Shown here in pieces: positions 48,903 to 59,809 of a stretch of 64,000 nucleotides of DNA. The position numbers and the translations under genes were made by a program. Source of the stretch: a bacterium (GTDB lineage Bacteria; Bacillota_I; Bacilli_A; RFN20; CAG-826). The stretch covers positions 5,976 to 69,975 of the forward strand of contig CAVAYV010000015.1 in the NCBI GenBank assembly GCA_963593015.1, written 5' to 3'. Below the pieces are notes generated by a model. The model saw only the letters and a program-made list of their open reading frames with translations. It did no database searches and had not been told where the DNA came from. Every line of letters starts with the position of its first letter. Positions within the stretch are counted from its first letter, which is position 1.

Positions 48903-51215
48903 ATGGATGATAATAACAACAAAAACAATGGGCAGAATCGTCGCAATTTCTTAAGCTATATCATTCCTTACGTTTTAATCGCCGGAATCATTATTCTTAT
49001 AATCACTTTTTTCTTGCGTAATGTCATAAATAGCCAAACTCTTTGGACCAAAAGCCAATTGAACGCCTATTTACGTACAGATGAAACCTCTTTAAATAGC
49101 GATAACAAAAATGGCGTTTATTTAAAAAGCGTCGAGGTTTCGCAAGGATATCGCGCAACCACTGTTACTGGCGTTGCTCGCAATGCCTCCACCAGCAATG
49201 AATATCGTTATAAAGTTTTGATTGAAAACGATGATTGGAGCAAGAACAAATTTGACGCTCAAATGTTTACTGGTACGACCACTGCCGAAACAGATGGCAA
49301 AACGACAATCATTGCCCAATACACGACAAAGTCCGTTACTTGGAGTGAGGTTTTCTTTAACCGTATTCAAGAAACCAATGATTTAAAAATCTTATCTGGA
49401 AATCAAATCGCTTATTATCAAGTCACTGATGCTTTTGCCGTCAGCTGGTGGGATACATGGGGTCCAACTATCATCATGCTTGTCGGCACAATGATCCTTG
49501 TGCTTTTCATCTTTGGCAGAATGAGTGGCTCAATGGGTGGCGGACGCCAAGCTCTTGATTTCAATAAGTCTCCAGCTCGTCGAGAAACAAGCAAAGTCCG
49601 TTTTGCTGATGTCGCTGGATGCGATGAAGAAAAAGCGGAAATGGTTGAGCTTGTCGAATATTTGAAGAATCCAAAGAAATATTCTAAGTTCGGCGCTCGT
49701 TTGCCAAAAGGCGTTCTTTTATGCGGCAATCCAGGAACTGGTAAAACCTTGATGGCAAAAGCCGTTGCAGGCGAAGCCGGCGTGCCTTTCTATAGCATCT
49801 CTGGTTCCGATTTCGTTGAGATGTTCGTCGGCGTCGGTGCTGGACGTGTCCGTGATTTGTTCAAACGTGCCAAGCAAAGCGCTCCTTGCATTATCTTCAT
49901 TGATGAAATCGACGCTGTCGGCCGTCAAAGAGGAGCTGGCTTAGGCGGAGGCAACGATGAACGTGAACAAACCCTTAACCAACTTTTGGTTGAAATGGAT
50001 GGTTTTGAATACAATGCTGGCATCTTAGTTATCGCTGCCACTAACCGCGACGATGTACTTGACCCAGCCTTATTACGCCCGGGACGTTTTGATAGAATCA
50101 TTACCGTTTCCTTGCCAGACTGCAAAGGAAGAGAAGCAATCTTTAAGGTTCATTCAAGAAATAAACGCATCGATCCTTCTGTCGATTTCCACGCTCTTGC
50201 TAAGCGCACCGTCGGATTCTCTGGCGCCGATATTGATAACATTTTAAACGAAGCTGCCATCTTGGCGGTTCGCTTCAATAAAGAGACTATCACCATGGCG
50301 GAAATCGATGAAGCTATCGATCGCCGTATTGCCGGCCCAGCCAAATCTGGCAAAGGCATGAACGAGCAAGAGAAACGTGTTGATGCCTACCATGAGGCTG
50401 GCCATGCCGTAATCGGCTTAGTCTTGCCTCATTCTAACAAAGTCCAAAAGATCACTATTATTCCAAGAGGACAAACGGGCGGTCACGTTCTTATGACTCC
50501 AGAGGATGACCGTTTCTTATTAACCAAGAAAGAATTATTAGCGGAAATCACCGGATTCTTAGGCGGCAGAACCAGCGAAGAAATCTTCTTTGACGATGTT
50601 AGTACCGGCGCTTCTAACGATATCCAACAAGCCACTCGCATCGCTCGTATGATGGTCACGCAATGGGGCATGAGCGATCTAGGCCCGATCCAATACGAAC
50701 AAGACCAAGGAAGCGTGTTCTTGGGCAGAGACTATAATAACGTCTCGAAAAACTTCTCAGGCGAAGTCGCTTATCAAATCGATAAAGCCGTTCGCGAAAT
50801 TGTTGAAGAATGTCACAAGCAAGCTAAAGAAATCATTGTAGCTCATAAAAACGAAGTCATTCTCATTGCTGAAACCTTGCTTGAGAAAGAAACAATCACC
50901 GCCGAAGAGATTGATGAACTTATCAAAAATGGCTCTTTGACTGAGAAAAAGACTGAGACCGTCAACCAGGTTAATGTCTCAGAAGAGGACAAAGCCAATG
51001 CAGCTAAAATCGCCAAAGCCTCTAATTTGACTACGCAACTTCCTGCAAAGGAAACTAAAAAAGAAGAAGCCAAAGAAGTTGAAGCGGTCGCCAAAAAATC
51101 TCCAAAAGATGAAAAGGCCACCGAAGATACTCCTAAGGTAAGTAAACCAAGACGCATTCGCAAAAAGAAAAACGAATCCCTTGATGAGCCTGATGACACC
51201 ATTCATCTCAAATGA
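48903..51215 (+). CDS. ftsH: ATP-dependent zinc metalloprotease FtsH
   Basis: 770 aa with an extended extracytoplasmic N-domain between two TM helices, AAA module ([25 protein letters not shown]), SRH, the HEAGHA zinc site, and a long charged C-tail. Confidence 0.95.
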   Translation: MDDNNNKNNGQNRRNFLSYIIPYVLIAGIIILIITFFLRNVINSQTLWTKSQLNAYLRTDETSLNSDNKNGVYLKSVEVSQGYRATTVTGVARNASTSNEYRYKVLIENDDWSKNKFDAQMFTGTTTAETDGKTTIIAQYTTKSVTWSEVFFNRIQETNDLKILSGNQIAYYQVTDAFAVSWWDTWGPTIIMLVGTMILVLFIFGRMSGSMGGGRQALDFNKSPARRETSKVRFADVAGCDEEKAEMVELVEYLKNPKKYSKFGARLPKGVLLCGNPGTGKTLMAKAVAGEAGVPFYSISGSDFVEMFVGVGAGRVRDLFKRAKQSAPCIIFIDEIDAVGRQRGAGLGGGNDEREQTLNQLLVEMDGFEYNAGILVIAATNRDDVLDPALLRPGRFDRIITVSLPDCKGREAIFKVHSRNKRIDPSVDFHALAKRTVGFSGADIDNILNEAAILAVRFNKETITMAEIDEAIDRRIAGPAKSGKGMNEQEKRVDAYHEAGHAVIGLVLPHSNKVQKITIIPRGQTGGHVLMTPEDDRFLLTKKELLAEITGFLGGRTSEEIFFDDVSTGASNDIQQATRIARMMVTQWGMSDLGPIQYEQDQGSVFLGRDYNNVSKNFSGEVAYQIDKAVREIVEECHKQAKEIIVAHKNEVILIAETLLEKETITAEEIDELIKNGSLTEKKTETVNQVNVSEEDKANAAKIAKASNLTTQLPAKETKKEEAKEVEAVAKKSPKDEKATEDTPKVSKPRRIRKKKNESLDEPDDTIHLK

Positions 51216-51222
51216 TTAAGCT

Positions 51223-51252
51223 AAAGCCATTCATTTACGAGTGGCTTTTTCT
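51223..51252 (+). terminator. Terminator after ftsH (AAAGCCA…TGGCTTT plus T-run)
   Basis: A 7-bp stem with a 12-nt loop followed by TTTTTCT. Confidence 0.5.
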
Positions 51253-51309
51253 ATTGATCATTAGGATTTTCTCTAGGCTTTCAGAATCTTTTTCGCTAGA
51301 ATTCTAACG

Positions 51310-52284
51310 ATGAAAAAAGAAATGATTCCTTTAAAAGGCAAAGTTATTTTAGGACCTATGGCTGGCGTTACTACTTTGGCTTATCGTGAATTTAATAAGC
51401 CTTTCGGCGTCGCTTTATCTTATAGCGAGATGATCAGCGATTGCGGTCTTGCCTATGGTAACAAACGCACATATGAATATTTTGCAACCTCCAAAGAAGA
51501 TAGGCCTGTGGGATTACAATTATTCGGTAGCGATATCGCAATATCCACCAAAGCGGTTGAGATACTTGAGAAATACGCGGATTATGACATTTTGGATTTG
51601 AATTTAGGCTGCCCTGTTAATAAGGTTACAAAGACTGGCGCCGGCTCAGCGATGCTTAAATCACCTGATACCTTATATAAATACGTGCGCGCGATAGTAA
51701 ATGTTTCTTCTAAACCTGTCACCGCGAAAATAAGGCTTGGTTTTGACGATGATCATATCAATGTTTTTGAAGTCGCAAAGTTATTGGAAGACGCAGGCGT
51801 AGCGATGTTCACGGTTCACGCTAGAACCGCCAAACAAATGTATATGGGCACGGCGCATTATGATCTTATGGCTAATTTGAATGAACATGTGAATATTCCT
51901 TTCGCTATAAGCGGTGACATTTTTTCTCCTGAGGCCGCCAAAAAAGCCATGAGCATTACTGGCGCAAGTTATGTCATGGTGGCGAGGGGTTCTTTAGGAA
52001 AGCCTAATTTGATCAGAGATATTAATGATTATTTAGAGACTGGTAAATACGGGCCAGCTCCAACTGTTTTAGAACAAGTCGCTTGGGCGGAAGATTTCTC
52101 AAAGAGACTTATCAACCAAATCGGCGAAAGAGTCGCGATTATGCAATTAAGAGGAATAGTTCCTCACTTTTTCAATGGATATCCAGGATATAAAAGGATT
52201 AGACAAGCGATCTCTGAGAACGCCAAAAGTTACGAAGATTTAGAAAAGATCTTCAATAGTATTAGGAAAAGAGGGGCACTTTAA
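51310..52284 (+). CDS. dusB: tRNA-dihydrouridine synthase
   Basis: The …GPMAGVTTLAYREF… TIM-barrel FMN site and a conserved Cys region (LNLGCPVNKV). Confidence 0.85.
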   Translation: MKKEMIPLKGKVILGPMAGVTTLAYREFNKPFGVALSYSEMISDCGLAYGNKRTYEYFATSKEDRPVGLQLFGSDIAISTKAVEILEKYADYDILDLNLGCPVNKVTKTGAGSAMLKSPDTLYKYVRAIVNVSSKPVTAKIRLGFDDDHINVFEVAKLLEDAGVAMFTVHARTAKQMYMGTAHYDLMANLNEHVNIPFAISGDIFSPEAAKKAMSITGASYVMVARGSLGKPNLIRDINDYLETGKYGPAPTVLEQVAWAEDFSKRLINQIGERVAIMQLRGIVPHFFNGYPGYKRIRQAISENAKSYEDLEKIFNSIRKRGAL

Positions 52285-52324
52285 TCGGTCTATTCAAAAT
52301 CTTTAAAGAAATACCAAAAATATC

Positions 52325-52371
52325 TTGACCATTTTTAACTTATAACTATAATCGTTCGTTGCCGAACGAAC
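52325..52371 (+). promoter_or_regulatory. marR promoter (TTGACC-16 bp-TATAAT) with a downstream inverted repeat GTTCGTT-gccg-AACGAAC abutting the start codon
   Basis: The -35 is at 52325-52330, the -10 at 52347-52352, and the inverted repeat at 52354-52371. The ATG is at 52373 with no SD. Confidence 0.55.
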
Positions 52372-52372
52372 T

Positions 52373-52828
52373 ATGGAAAAGAATGTCACGGAAATCGGAT
52401 CAGAATTAAGAATCACAAACCACGATGTCAAGGTGTTTGTGGATCGCGCTGTAGCGGCAAGTCTTCCTAGATACTTAACCGGTATTGAAGGAGTGCTTGT
52501 GAACTACATTTTTGAGCATGAGCAGATAACCGCTTGCGATTGTATGCGTGATTTCAATCTTTCTAAAGCCACGGTAAGCGAGACTTTTCGGAAACTGATC
52601 GATCGTGATTTTATTAAGGAAATCACCGATGAGCATGACAAAAGAAGAAAAATCATCACGCTTACCGCGAAGGGAAAAGAAGCGCACTTCACTTTCCAAA
52701 GACTTTATGACTCACTTGTGCCAATTATCGAGGAAGGCATCAGTGAAGAGGAGAAAGAGACATTCTTAAAAGTGTGCGTTAAGATTCGAAAAAACGTAGG
52801 AGGGATTTATGAGCAAAATCAAGAATAA
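52373..52828 (+). CDS. MarR family transcriptional regulator
   Basis: 151 aa with a wHTH region (…ITACDCMRDFNLSKATVSETFRKLIDRDFIKEITDEHDKRRKIITLTAKG…). Confidence 0.75.
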   Translation: MEKNVTEIGSELRITNHDVKVFVDRAVAASLPRYLTGIEGVLVNYIFEHEQITACDCMRDFNLSKATVSETFRKLIDRDFIKEITDEHDKRRKIITLTAKGKEAHFTFQRLYDSLVPIIEEGISEEEKETFLKVCVKIRKNVGGIYEQNQE

Positions 52829-54599
52829 AAAAGAAGAATTAGTTTCGACCGGCTCTGCTTTCAAAAAGGTTCTCCTTTATATTGGCGAATATAAAAAAGA
52901 CACCTTTTTTGCGTGGATTTACGTTATTTTAGAGAGCATTTGTGAGGCTTTAGTGGCCTTTATGATGCAATATTTGGTTACGGCGATTAACCAAAAAGAC
53001 GTAAATGGCATTTACTTATATTGCGGAGTTATCGCTGCCTTAGTAATCGTGGCTTGCTTTACTGGCATTATGTCAGGATATTGGGCTGCAAGCGCTTCAT
53101 CCGGCTTAGGCAAGAACTTAAGAAGAAGCATGTACGAGAAGGTTCAAAAATATTCCTTTAAGAATATTGATAAATTCTCAACCGCTTCAATCGTCACCCG
53201 CTTGACTACTGACGTCACTAACGTCCAAAATGCTTTCCAAATGGCCATCCGTGCCGTTGTCAGAGCCCCGTTATTATTGATCATCTCTTTAATCATGTGC
53301 TTCATCACCGAATGGAAAGTCGCTTGGGTTTTCGCCGTTATTGTTCCACTTATTTTATTCTTGTTGTTATTTATCGCGAAATTCGTTCACCCAACCTTTG
53401 TTGAAGTCTTCAACAAATACGATGAATTGAATGAGTCGGTTCAAGAAGACGTGGACGGAATTCGCGTTGTCAAAGCCTTTAATCGTGAGGATTTGCAAAC
53501 AAAGAAATTCAATGGCGTCTCGGAATTCATTTATAAGAAATTCACTTTTGCCGAAAGAATTTTGGCTTTCAATAACCCAATCATGAATGTTGCCGTTTAT
53601 GGCGCATTAATCTTATTGGCATATTTCGGTTCGGTGCTGATCGTCAATAGCGGCGGTACTGAAATGGGAACGGCCCAATTGACCAGCTTATTCACCTATG
53701 TCTTCATGATCTTCAATAGCCTTATGATGCTCTCGATGGTTTACACCATGATTACTATTGCCCGCAATAGCGTTGAGCGTATTAACGAAGTCATTGAAGA
53801 AGTTCCGGATATCCAATCTCCAGAGAACGCTTTGACGGAAGTTTCGAGTGGCGATATCGAATTCAAAAATGTTAATTTCGCCTACGTTAAAGATAAGAAT
53901 GTGTTACATGACATCAATCTCCATATCCCTTCTGGCTCAACCCTAGGAATCATCGGTTCCACAGGTTCCTCTAAAACTACATTAATCTCGCTTATCGCCC
54001 GTTTATATGATGTGAAGAACGGGGAGGTCGATGTCGCTGGGCATAATGTCAAAGAATATTCCCTTGTTTCTTTGCGTGATGCGGTCGCGGTTGTATTACA
54101 AAAGAATTTGCTTTTCACTGGCACGATTCGCGATAACTTAAAATGGGGCAATAAGGATGCCACGGATGAAGAAATCTGGAAGGCTTGCGATCTAGCTCAA
54201 GCGACAAGTTTCTTGAAATCATTCCCAAAAGGACTTGATACAATGCTAGACGAAGGCGGTACCAATGTTTCCGGTGGCCAAAAGCAACGCCTTTGCATCG
54301 CTAGAGCTCTTCTAAAGAACCCTCGTATCTTGATTTTGGATGACTCCACTAGCGCATGCGATACCCATACTGACGCTTTAATTAGAAAAGGTTTAGCGAG
54401 CACTCGCAAGGATGTCACTAAAATCATCATCGCTCAACGTGTCTTATCCATCAAAGACTGCGATAACATCATTGTTCTTGATCAAGGAAAGATAATTGGT
54501 CAAGGCAATAACGATCAATTGATGGAAAACTGCGAGATTTATAAGAGCCTCTATGAATCTCAATTAGGTGGAGGAGGTGACTTCGATGAAAGGTCCTAA
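52809..54599 (+). CDS. ABC exporter subunit, fused transmembrane domain and ATPase (half-transporter)
   Basis: A six-helix TMD, then Walker A GSTGSSKTT, signature VSGGQKQRLCIARAL and Walker B ILILDD. Confidence 0.85.
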   Translation: MSKIKNKKEELVSTGSAFKKVLLYIGEYKKDTFFAWIYVILESICEALVAFMMQYLVTAINQKDVNGIYLYCGVIAALVIVACFTGIMSGYWAASASSGLGKNLRRSMYEKVQKYSFKNIDKFSTASIVTRLTTDVTNVQNAFQMAIRAVVRAPLLLIISLIMCFITEWKVAWVFAVIVPLILFLLLFIAKFVHPTFVEVFNKYDELNESVQEDVDGIRVVKAFNREDLQTKKFNGVSEFIYKKFTFAERILAFNNPIMNVAVYGALILLAYFGSVLIVNSGGTEMGTAQLTSLFTYVFMIFNSLMMLSMVYTMITIARNSVERINEVIEEVPDIQSPENALTEVSSGDIEFKNVNFAYVKDKNVLHDINLHIPSGSTLGIIGSTGSSKTTLISLIARLYDVKNGEVDVAGHNVKEYSLVSLRDAVAVVLQKNLLFTGTIRDNLKWGNKDATDEEIWKACDLAQATSFLKSFPKGLDTMLDEGGTNVSGGQKQRLCIARALLKNPRILILDDSTSACDTHTDALIRKGLASTRKDVTKIIIAQRVLSIKDCDNIIVLDQGKIIGQGNNDQLMENCEIYKSLYESQLGGGGDFDERS

Positions 54600-56541
54600 G
54601 AATATGGCTGTTGTCAGCAAAAAGGCTAAATTCAAATCACTTGGACGTTTGTTGACTTACGTCTTCAAATATTATCCTGCTCAATTCTTCCTCGTGGCGT
54701 TATTCGTTCTTCTTAGTACTGGCGCTAGCGCGGTTGGAAGCTATTTCATCGGCAATATCGTTGTTGGCCAGTATTTGACTACGGATGGCACTAATCTGCG
54801 CACTTTTGATGACTTCTGGAGCACCACCTATTTCGGAATGAACTTCGGAACAATCTTAGGGGTCATGTGCGGAATTTACCTAGTTGGCATTATCTCCACT
54901 TACTTCTACAACTATTTTATGTCCATGATTGGACAAGGCGTTCAAAAGAAGATTCGTGATGAGCTTTTTGCCCACATGCAAAAACTCCCTGTCTCTTATT
55001 TTGACACAAGAACGCATGGCGATATCATGAGCGTTTACACTAACGACGTCGATGCCTTGCGTGAGATGCTCAGCCGTTGCCTTCCAATGATGATATCTTG
55101 CTTTGTTAGCATGATTGTTTATTTGGTCATCATGCTTCTTACAGACGTCTATCTCACCCTTGTGGTTATTGGCTTTGCGATTCTTATCTTCTTTGTTTCA
55201 AAATACTATGCCAAAATGTCGGCGCATTATTTCGTGGAACAGCAAACCGCTTTGGGAAAAGCGAATGGCTATATCGAAGAGCTTACCAATGGTCAAAAAG
55301 TCGTCAAGGTCTTCAATTACGAAGATAGAAATATCGAAGGCTTCAATAAATTGAACGACAGTTTGTTCACCTTTGCAACGAAAGCTAATCGTTTTGGCAA
55401 CGTTTTGATGCCAACGGTTAACCAACTCGGTAACTTGCAATATGTCATCATTGGATTAGTCGGCGGCTTATGGGTCATCAACGGATTTAATTCTATTAGC
55501 CTATTTGGGGCCTACGCCGTTGGCGTTGGCACCATCATTAGCTTCTTAAGCTATTCCAAAAACTTTGTCCAACCTATCGGCCAAATCTCCCAACAATTCA
55601 ATATCGTCGCGCTTGCTTTGGCGGGTTCCACCCGTATCTTTGAAATGATCGATACGCCAGAAGAAGATGATGAAGGGTATGTTGAACTAGTCAATGCCAA
55701 AGAAGATGAAAACGGCAATCCCCTCGAAACAAAGGAAAAGACTGGGAAGTGGGCGTGGAGACATAGACATGGCGATGGCAGCGTTACTTATGTTTGGCTC
55801 AAAGGCAGAATCACCATGGATGGAGTTGATTTCGGCTACAATAGCGAAAAGATCGTTTTGCATGACATTACCTTATATGCCGAACCAGGTCAAAAGATCG
55901 CTTTTGTCGGCCCTACTGGCGCAGGCAAAACTACAATCACTAACTTAATCAACCGCTTCTATGATATTGAAGATGGCAAGGTCCGCTATGACGGCATTAA
56001 CATCAACAAAATCAAAAAAGCTGATTTGAGAAGATCACTTGGCATGGTCTTGCAAGACACCAAGTTATTCACCGGTACCGTCAGGGAAAACATCAGATTC
56101 GGTAATCTTGACGCCACGGATGAACAAATAGAAAGAGCAGCCAAATTGGCAAACGCTGATTCATTTATCCGATTGCTTCCAAATGGCTATGATACCATTC
56201 TCCATAATGGTGGCGCGGCTCTTTCTCAAGGGCAAAGGCAGCTTATCGCCATTGCGCGTGCCGCTGTTGCAGATCCGCCAGCTATGATTCTTGATGAAGC
56301 TACTAGCTCCATTGATAGCTATACTGAAAAAATGGTTCAAGAAGGCATGGATGCGATTATGAAAGGCAGAACCGTCTTTGTTATCGCTCACCGTCTTAGC
56401 ACCGTTCAAAATAGCGATGTCATCATGGTCTTAGACCAGGGAAGAATCATCGAAAGAGGTTCTCATGATGATCTTATGGCCAAGGGTGGCAAATACTATC
56501 AGCTTTACACTGGTTCTAGCAAACAGTTGCAAGGTAACTAA
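54586..56541 (+). CDS. ABC exporter subunit, fused transmembrane domain and ATPase (partner half-transporter)
   Basis: Start taken at MKGPKNMAVV… after GGTGGAGGAGGTGA, overlapping the upstream gene by 14 nt. It has Walker A GPTGAGKTT, signature LSQGQRQLIAIARA and Walker B ILDEATS. Confidence 0.85.
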   Translation: MKGPKNMAVVSKKAKFKSLGRLLTYVFKYYPAQFFLVALFVLLSTGASAVGSYFIGNIVVGQYLTTDGTNLRTFDDFWSTTYFGMNFGTILGVMCGIYLVGIISTYFYNYFMSMIGQGVQKKIRDELFAHMQKLPVSYFDTRTHGDIMSVYTNDVDALREMLSRCLPMMISCFVSMIVYLVIMLLTDVYLTLVVIGFAILIFFVSKYYAKMSAHYFVEQQTALGKANGYIEELTNGQKVVKVFNYEDRNIEGFNKLNDSLFTFATKANRFGNVLMPTVNQLGNLQYVIIGLVGGLWVINGFNSISLFGAYAVGVGTIISFLSYSKNFVQPIGQISQQFNIVALALAGSTRIFEMIDTPEEDDEGYVELVNAKEDENGNPLETKEKTGKWAWRHRHGDGSVTYVWLKGRITMDGVDFGYNSEKIVLHDITLYAEPGQKIAFVGPTGAGKTTITNLINRFYDIEDGKVRYDGININKIKKADLRRSLGMVLQDTKLFTGTVRENIRFGNLDATDEQIERAAKLANADSFIRLLPNGYDTILHNGGAALSQGQRQLIAIARAAVADPPAMILDEATSSIDSYTEKMVQEGMDAIMKGRTVFVIAHRLSTVQNSDVIMVLDQGRIIERGSHDDLMAKGGKYYQLYTGSSKQLQGN

Positions 56542-56549
56542 AATAAAAA

Positions 56550-56580
56550 GTTGGGTTTGATTAATCACCCAACTTTTTTA
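56550..56580 (+). terminator. Terminator after the ABC pair (GTTGGGT-ttgattaatc-ACCCAAC plus TTTTTTA)
   Basis: Perfect 7-bp stem followed by a T-run. Confidence 0.65.
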
Positions 56581-56821
56581 TTTCTCTAATACCATCAATT
56601 TTGATTAAGGAACTAAAATCTTTGTAATAATTGGCTGAATTGTATGAATTGAAACTAAAAAGGACCCTCACTTCCTTTTGAAGCATATTTCAAATGATTT
56701 TGAATTCCGCGTTTTAAGGTGCATTGCGATTCTTTTAAGCAAATAAAGAAGTCACTTCGAATTTCTTCCTTAGGTTGTTGATCATTAGTTCTCGCTTAAG
56801 CTCTTTTTAACATTTTATCTG

Positions 56822-58000
56822 TCATTGAGTAACAAATTGTTGGCTCTTTAAATAAAACTCTATTCCTTTTTTAAGCCTATTGAGCCCATCTTCCAAGATG
56901 TTTCTAGGGCAAGCCAGATTCATTCTTAAAAAACCATTTCCAGTTTGGCCATAGACATCACCTGAAGAGATATAAAGACCTGTTTTGTTTCTTATGAAAG
57001 TCGCGAGTTCTTTTGAAGACGTGGCGATATTTCTTATATCTAGCCACATTAAATATGTGGCGTCGCCTTTTGCAAATTTCATAGAAGGTATATTGCTTGA
57101 AATATATGCTTCAGCGTAATCGCGGTTCGCAAAAACATATTCGCGCATTTCCTTGAGCCAATCTCTGGAATCGTTTAATGCGGCTTCTGCGACAATATAG
57201 CTGAAAACATTGCCTTCTGCGACTTCATCAGTATTAATTTGGCGATTCACCAAAGCGCGTATTTTTTCATTCGGGATAACTATCGCGGAAGTTTGAATGC
57301 CAGCCACATTGAATGACTTTGTGACTGAAATCGCCGTAAAACCGACTTCTTTATTTGTTTTATTAACTGATAAAAAAGGCGTATATCGTTTGCCAGGACG
57401 GGTGATTTCCCCATGAATTTCATCGCTTAAAACAATCACGTTATATTTTTTGGCGAGTTCCCCTATTTTTGATAGATCCTCTTTGCTCCAAATCTTAGAA
57501 ATTGGGTTGGCAGGATTACAAAGGATGAAAAGCTTAGTCTTCGGATTGCTAAAAGCTTTTTCTAATCCTACAAAATCAATGAAATAGGAATCGTTGTTTT
57601 CTAATAAAGGAACCTCATAAGGAATGCGGGAATTGTTCACAATTGAATTGTAGAAAATGTTATATACAGGCGGAGTTACCACGACGTAATCTCCAATTTC
57701 AGTTAGCTTTCTAACGGAACTAGAGATTGTCGGAACTACCCCAGTAGAAAATAAAAGCCATTCTCTTTTGATTTCAAAATTATGAACATCCTTATAGAAG
57801 TTTATATAGGCATCAGCCCAAGAAGGGTAAGGTTCGGTATAGCCATAGATTGGGTGCTTCGCTCTATCTAGAATCGCTTTTTGAATAGCGGGGGCAACTT
57901 CGAAATCCATATCTGCGACCCACATCGGAAGTTCATTCTCTTTCACTTCCCATTTTGAAGCGCCGGTATTTCTTCTATCGATGATTTTATCGAAACTCAT
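56822..58000 (-). CDS. PLP-dependent aminotransferase class I/II, MalY/PatB-type C-S lyase
   Basis: MSFDKIIDRRNTGASKWEV… is the typical MalY/PatB N-terminus. The internal …SKSFNVAGIQTSAIV… is the PLP-lysine region. Confidence 0.7.
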   Translation of the reverse strand: MSFDKIIDRRNTGASKWEVKENELPMWVADMDFEVAPAIQKAILDRAKHPIYGYTEPYPSWADAYINFYKDVHNFEIKREWLLFSTGVVPTISSSVRKLTEIGDYVVVTPPVYNIFYNSIVNNSRIPYEVPLLENNDSYFIDFVGLEKAFSNPKTKLFILCNPANPISKIWSKEDLSKIGELAKKYNVIVLSDEIHGEITRPGKRYTPFLSVNKTNKEVGFTAISVTKSFNVAGIQTSAIVIPNEKIRALVNRQINTDEVAEGNVFSYIVAEAALNDSRDWLKEMREYVFANRDYAEAYISSNIPSMKFAKGDATYLMWLDIRNIATSSKELATFIRNKTGLYISSGDVYGQTGNGFLRMNLACPRNILEDGLNRLKKGIEFYLKSQQFVTQ

Positions 58001-58851
58001 TTGGCTACCTCGATGATGGTTTTTGATGGATCGATCTTTGGGTCATCAAAAATCAAGTCTCTGACTTCTTTGACTTTTATTTCTCCTGAAAACGGGTTTT
58101 TGATTGAATCAACGGATGTAGTTATTTCGGCATGGATATCGGAACAATATTCGAAGATCAAATCCCCTTCAACCTCACAATTGATGAGAGTGACACCCTT
58201 CATATAACAAAATCCCTGATGAGATTTTACCTTACAGTTTCTGAGAGTGACATTTTCGGCGTTCCAGCCGAAATATTCTCCCTCAATCGTGGAATTCTCC
58301 ACCAAAACGTTTTTGGCGTTCCAAAAGGCATCTTTCGTATGAAGGATACTGTCGCGGATTATAAGATTTTCCACTCCATCAAAAGCGTAGTCTCCGTTTA
58401 ATTCCAAACCGCTGACCAAGATATTTTTTGATTGCATGAATAGATAATTACCGGTTGCTTTGATGTTTTTGAAAGTGACATCATCGCACCACCAAAGGGT
58501 TTCTTCGGCTTTGCTGAAAGTGACATCTTCAATGACTATCCCCTTGCAATGTCTGAATTCCTTTGGGGCGTCGATTTTCAAGTGTTTGAATGACGAATTA
58601 TTCGTGTACCAAATCCCCGCTCTTGCAAGCTCTAAAAATGTCGAATTTTTAACTTCAAAATCCTCGCCATACCAAAGAGGGTATTTATATCCAAAGGTGC
58701 ATCCTTCGATATTCAAAGATTTGCTTTCTTTTAGTGGTGATTCCCCATTGTCGAAAAGACAATTTTTTATTTCGGCATCATTTGTTTTAAATAAGGCTCT
58801 TTCGCCAGTGAAATGTTGGTTCTCTATTAATGTTTTATTCATAATGAACAA
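57997..58851 (-). CDS. DUF3737-like beta-helix repeat protein
   Basis: 284 aa with repetitive (N/D)C.F… beta-helix-like repeats and an N-terminus …FTGERALFKTNDAEIKNCLFDNGESPLKE… It overlaps the patB start by ATGA. Confidence 0.4.
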   Translation of the reverse strand: MFIMNKTLIENQHFTGERALFKTNDAEIKNCLFDNGESPLKESKSLNIEGCTFGYKYPLWYGEDFEVKNSTFLELARAGIWYTNNSSFKHLKIDAPKEFRHCKGIVIEDVTFSKAEETLWWCDDVTFKNIKATGNYLFMQSKNILVSGLELNGDYAFDGVENLIIRDSILHTKDAFWNAKNVLVENSTIEGEYFGWNAENVTLRNCKVKSHQGFCYMKGVTLINCEVEGDLIFEYCSDIHAEITTSVDSIKNPFSGEIKVKEVRDLIFDDPKIDPSKTIIEVAK

Positions 58852-58971
58852 TGATAATGCTTTTTGAGACTTTTGCCATCTTTACGATTACAAATCTTTT
58901 ATTCAAATTCGATGGTTACCAATTGAAAATAAACTTATAATTTTTAATGATTAAAAAGGCTAAGGTGAATT

Positions 58972-59601
58972 ATGAAATTACTAAGAGGTTTGTGGAGAAT
59001 AATATATTCGGTCGTTATTCCGATTGTTTTGATTATTCTGGTTATGACTTTGTTTTCTATTACTGGAACTTATGGAGTTAAAACTACTGTTGAAAGTGGA
59101 GAAGGGGTTATTAATGCCTCAGTTTCTGGCTCTTTGGATTTAACATCTCTTTTATTCAAGGGGTCAGTAATAGGCTTTACTTTGAATACTAAGGTCAACG
59201 TAGATAATGTCACATACGACTCAAAAGGAGACCCAACTTTTGTTTTTGGGCAGTCTAGCGAGAACTTCCAATTCAACGGCTTTGATATGACGTATAACTA
59301 TCTTTGCTTAGTTGCGATACTGATCATTTTGATTGGAATATTCATTACCCTAATTGCATATAATTCCAAAACATTGACTTTAATAGGGACGATTGCTTTG
59401 ATTGTTGCCTCAATTATCATTCTAACAAGAGATGGCGTTTTTGATCCATTTAGGTTTGTTATTCAATCATCAAATGATGAAACAAAATTCCTTACCAATG
59501 TATCGTTTTCAACGTTGTCGACTGGCTTAGCGTTGCTCGTCATCGACGGCTGTTCGTTATTGAATCTCCTTTTTGTCATGACAAAGAGAAAACACGCATA
59601 A
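58972..59601 (+). CDS. Hypothetical membrane protein
   Basis: 209 aa with an N-terminal TM helix, a central soluble region and two C-terminal helices. The RBS is AAGGTGA. Confidence 0.35.
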   Translation: MKLLRGLWRIIYSVVIPIVLIILVMTLFSITGTYGVKTTVESGEGVINASVSGSLDLTSLLFKGSVIGFTLNTKVNVDNVTYDSKGDPTFVFGQSSENFQFNGFDMTYNYLCLVAILIILIGIFITLIAYNSKTLTLIGTIALIVASIIILTRDGVFDPFRFVIQSSNDETKFLTNVSFSTLSTGLALLVIDGCSLLNLLFVMTKRKHA

Positions 59602-59809
59602 TTTTGATTTTGATACCGGTTTTGCGGAGTTTTTATTTTTTGCATTGTTTAAATCTTGTTTTTAAAGCAAAAACTACCTTTGAACTTCAAGGATAACTGG
59701 TCCGCCTTTACATAATTTACTTGTGTTTTTATCCATTTTTTAAACCGGTCAACTCTTTAAAAAGAGTTCGATTTGGCTTAGACTACTAGGGCAAACGAAA
59801 GGTTTTAGT

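Noticed and set aside
59602-59809. Possible T-box or L-box leader upstream of lysS
   Set aside because: There is no AGGGTGGNACCGCG T-box core or specifier-loop architecture. Only two short hairpins are present (CCTTTGAA/TCAAGG and the AACTCTTT-aa-AAAGAGTT inverted repeat at 59748-59767), with no terminator/antiterminator alternative.
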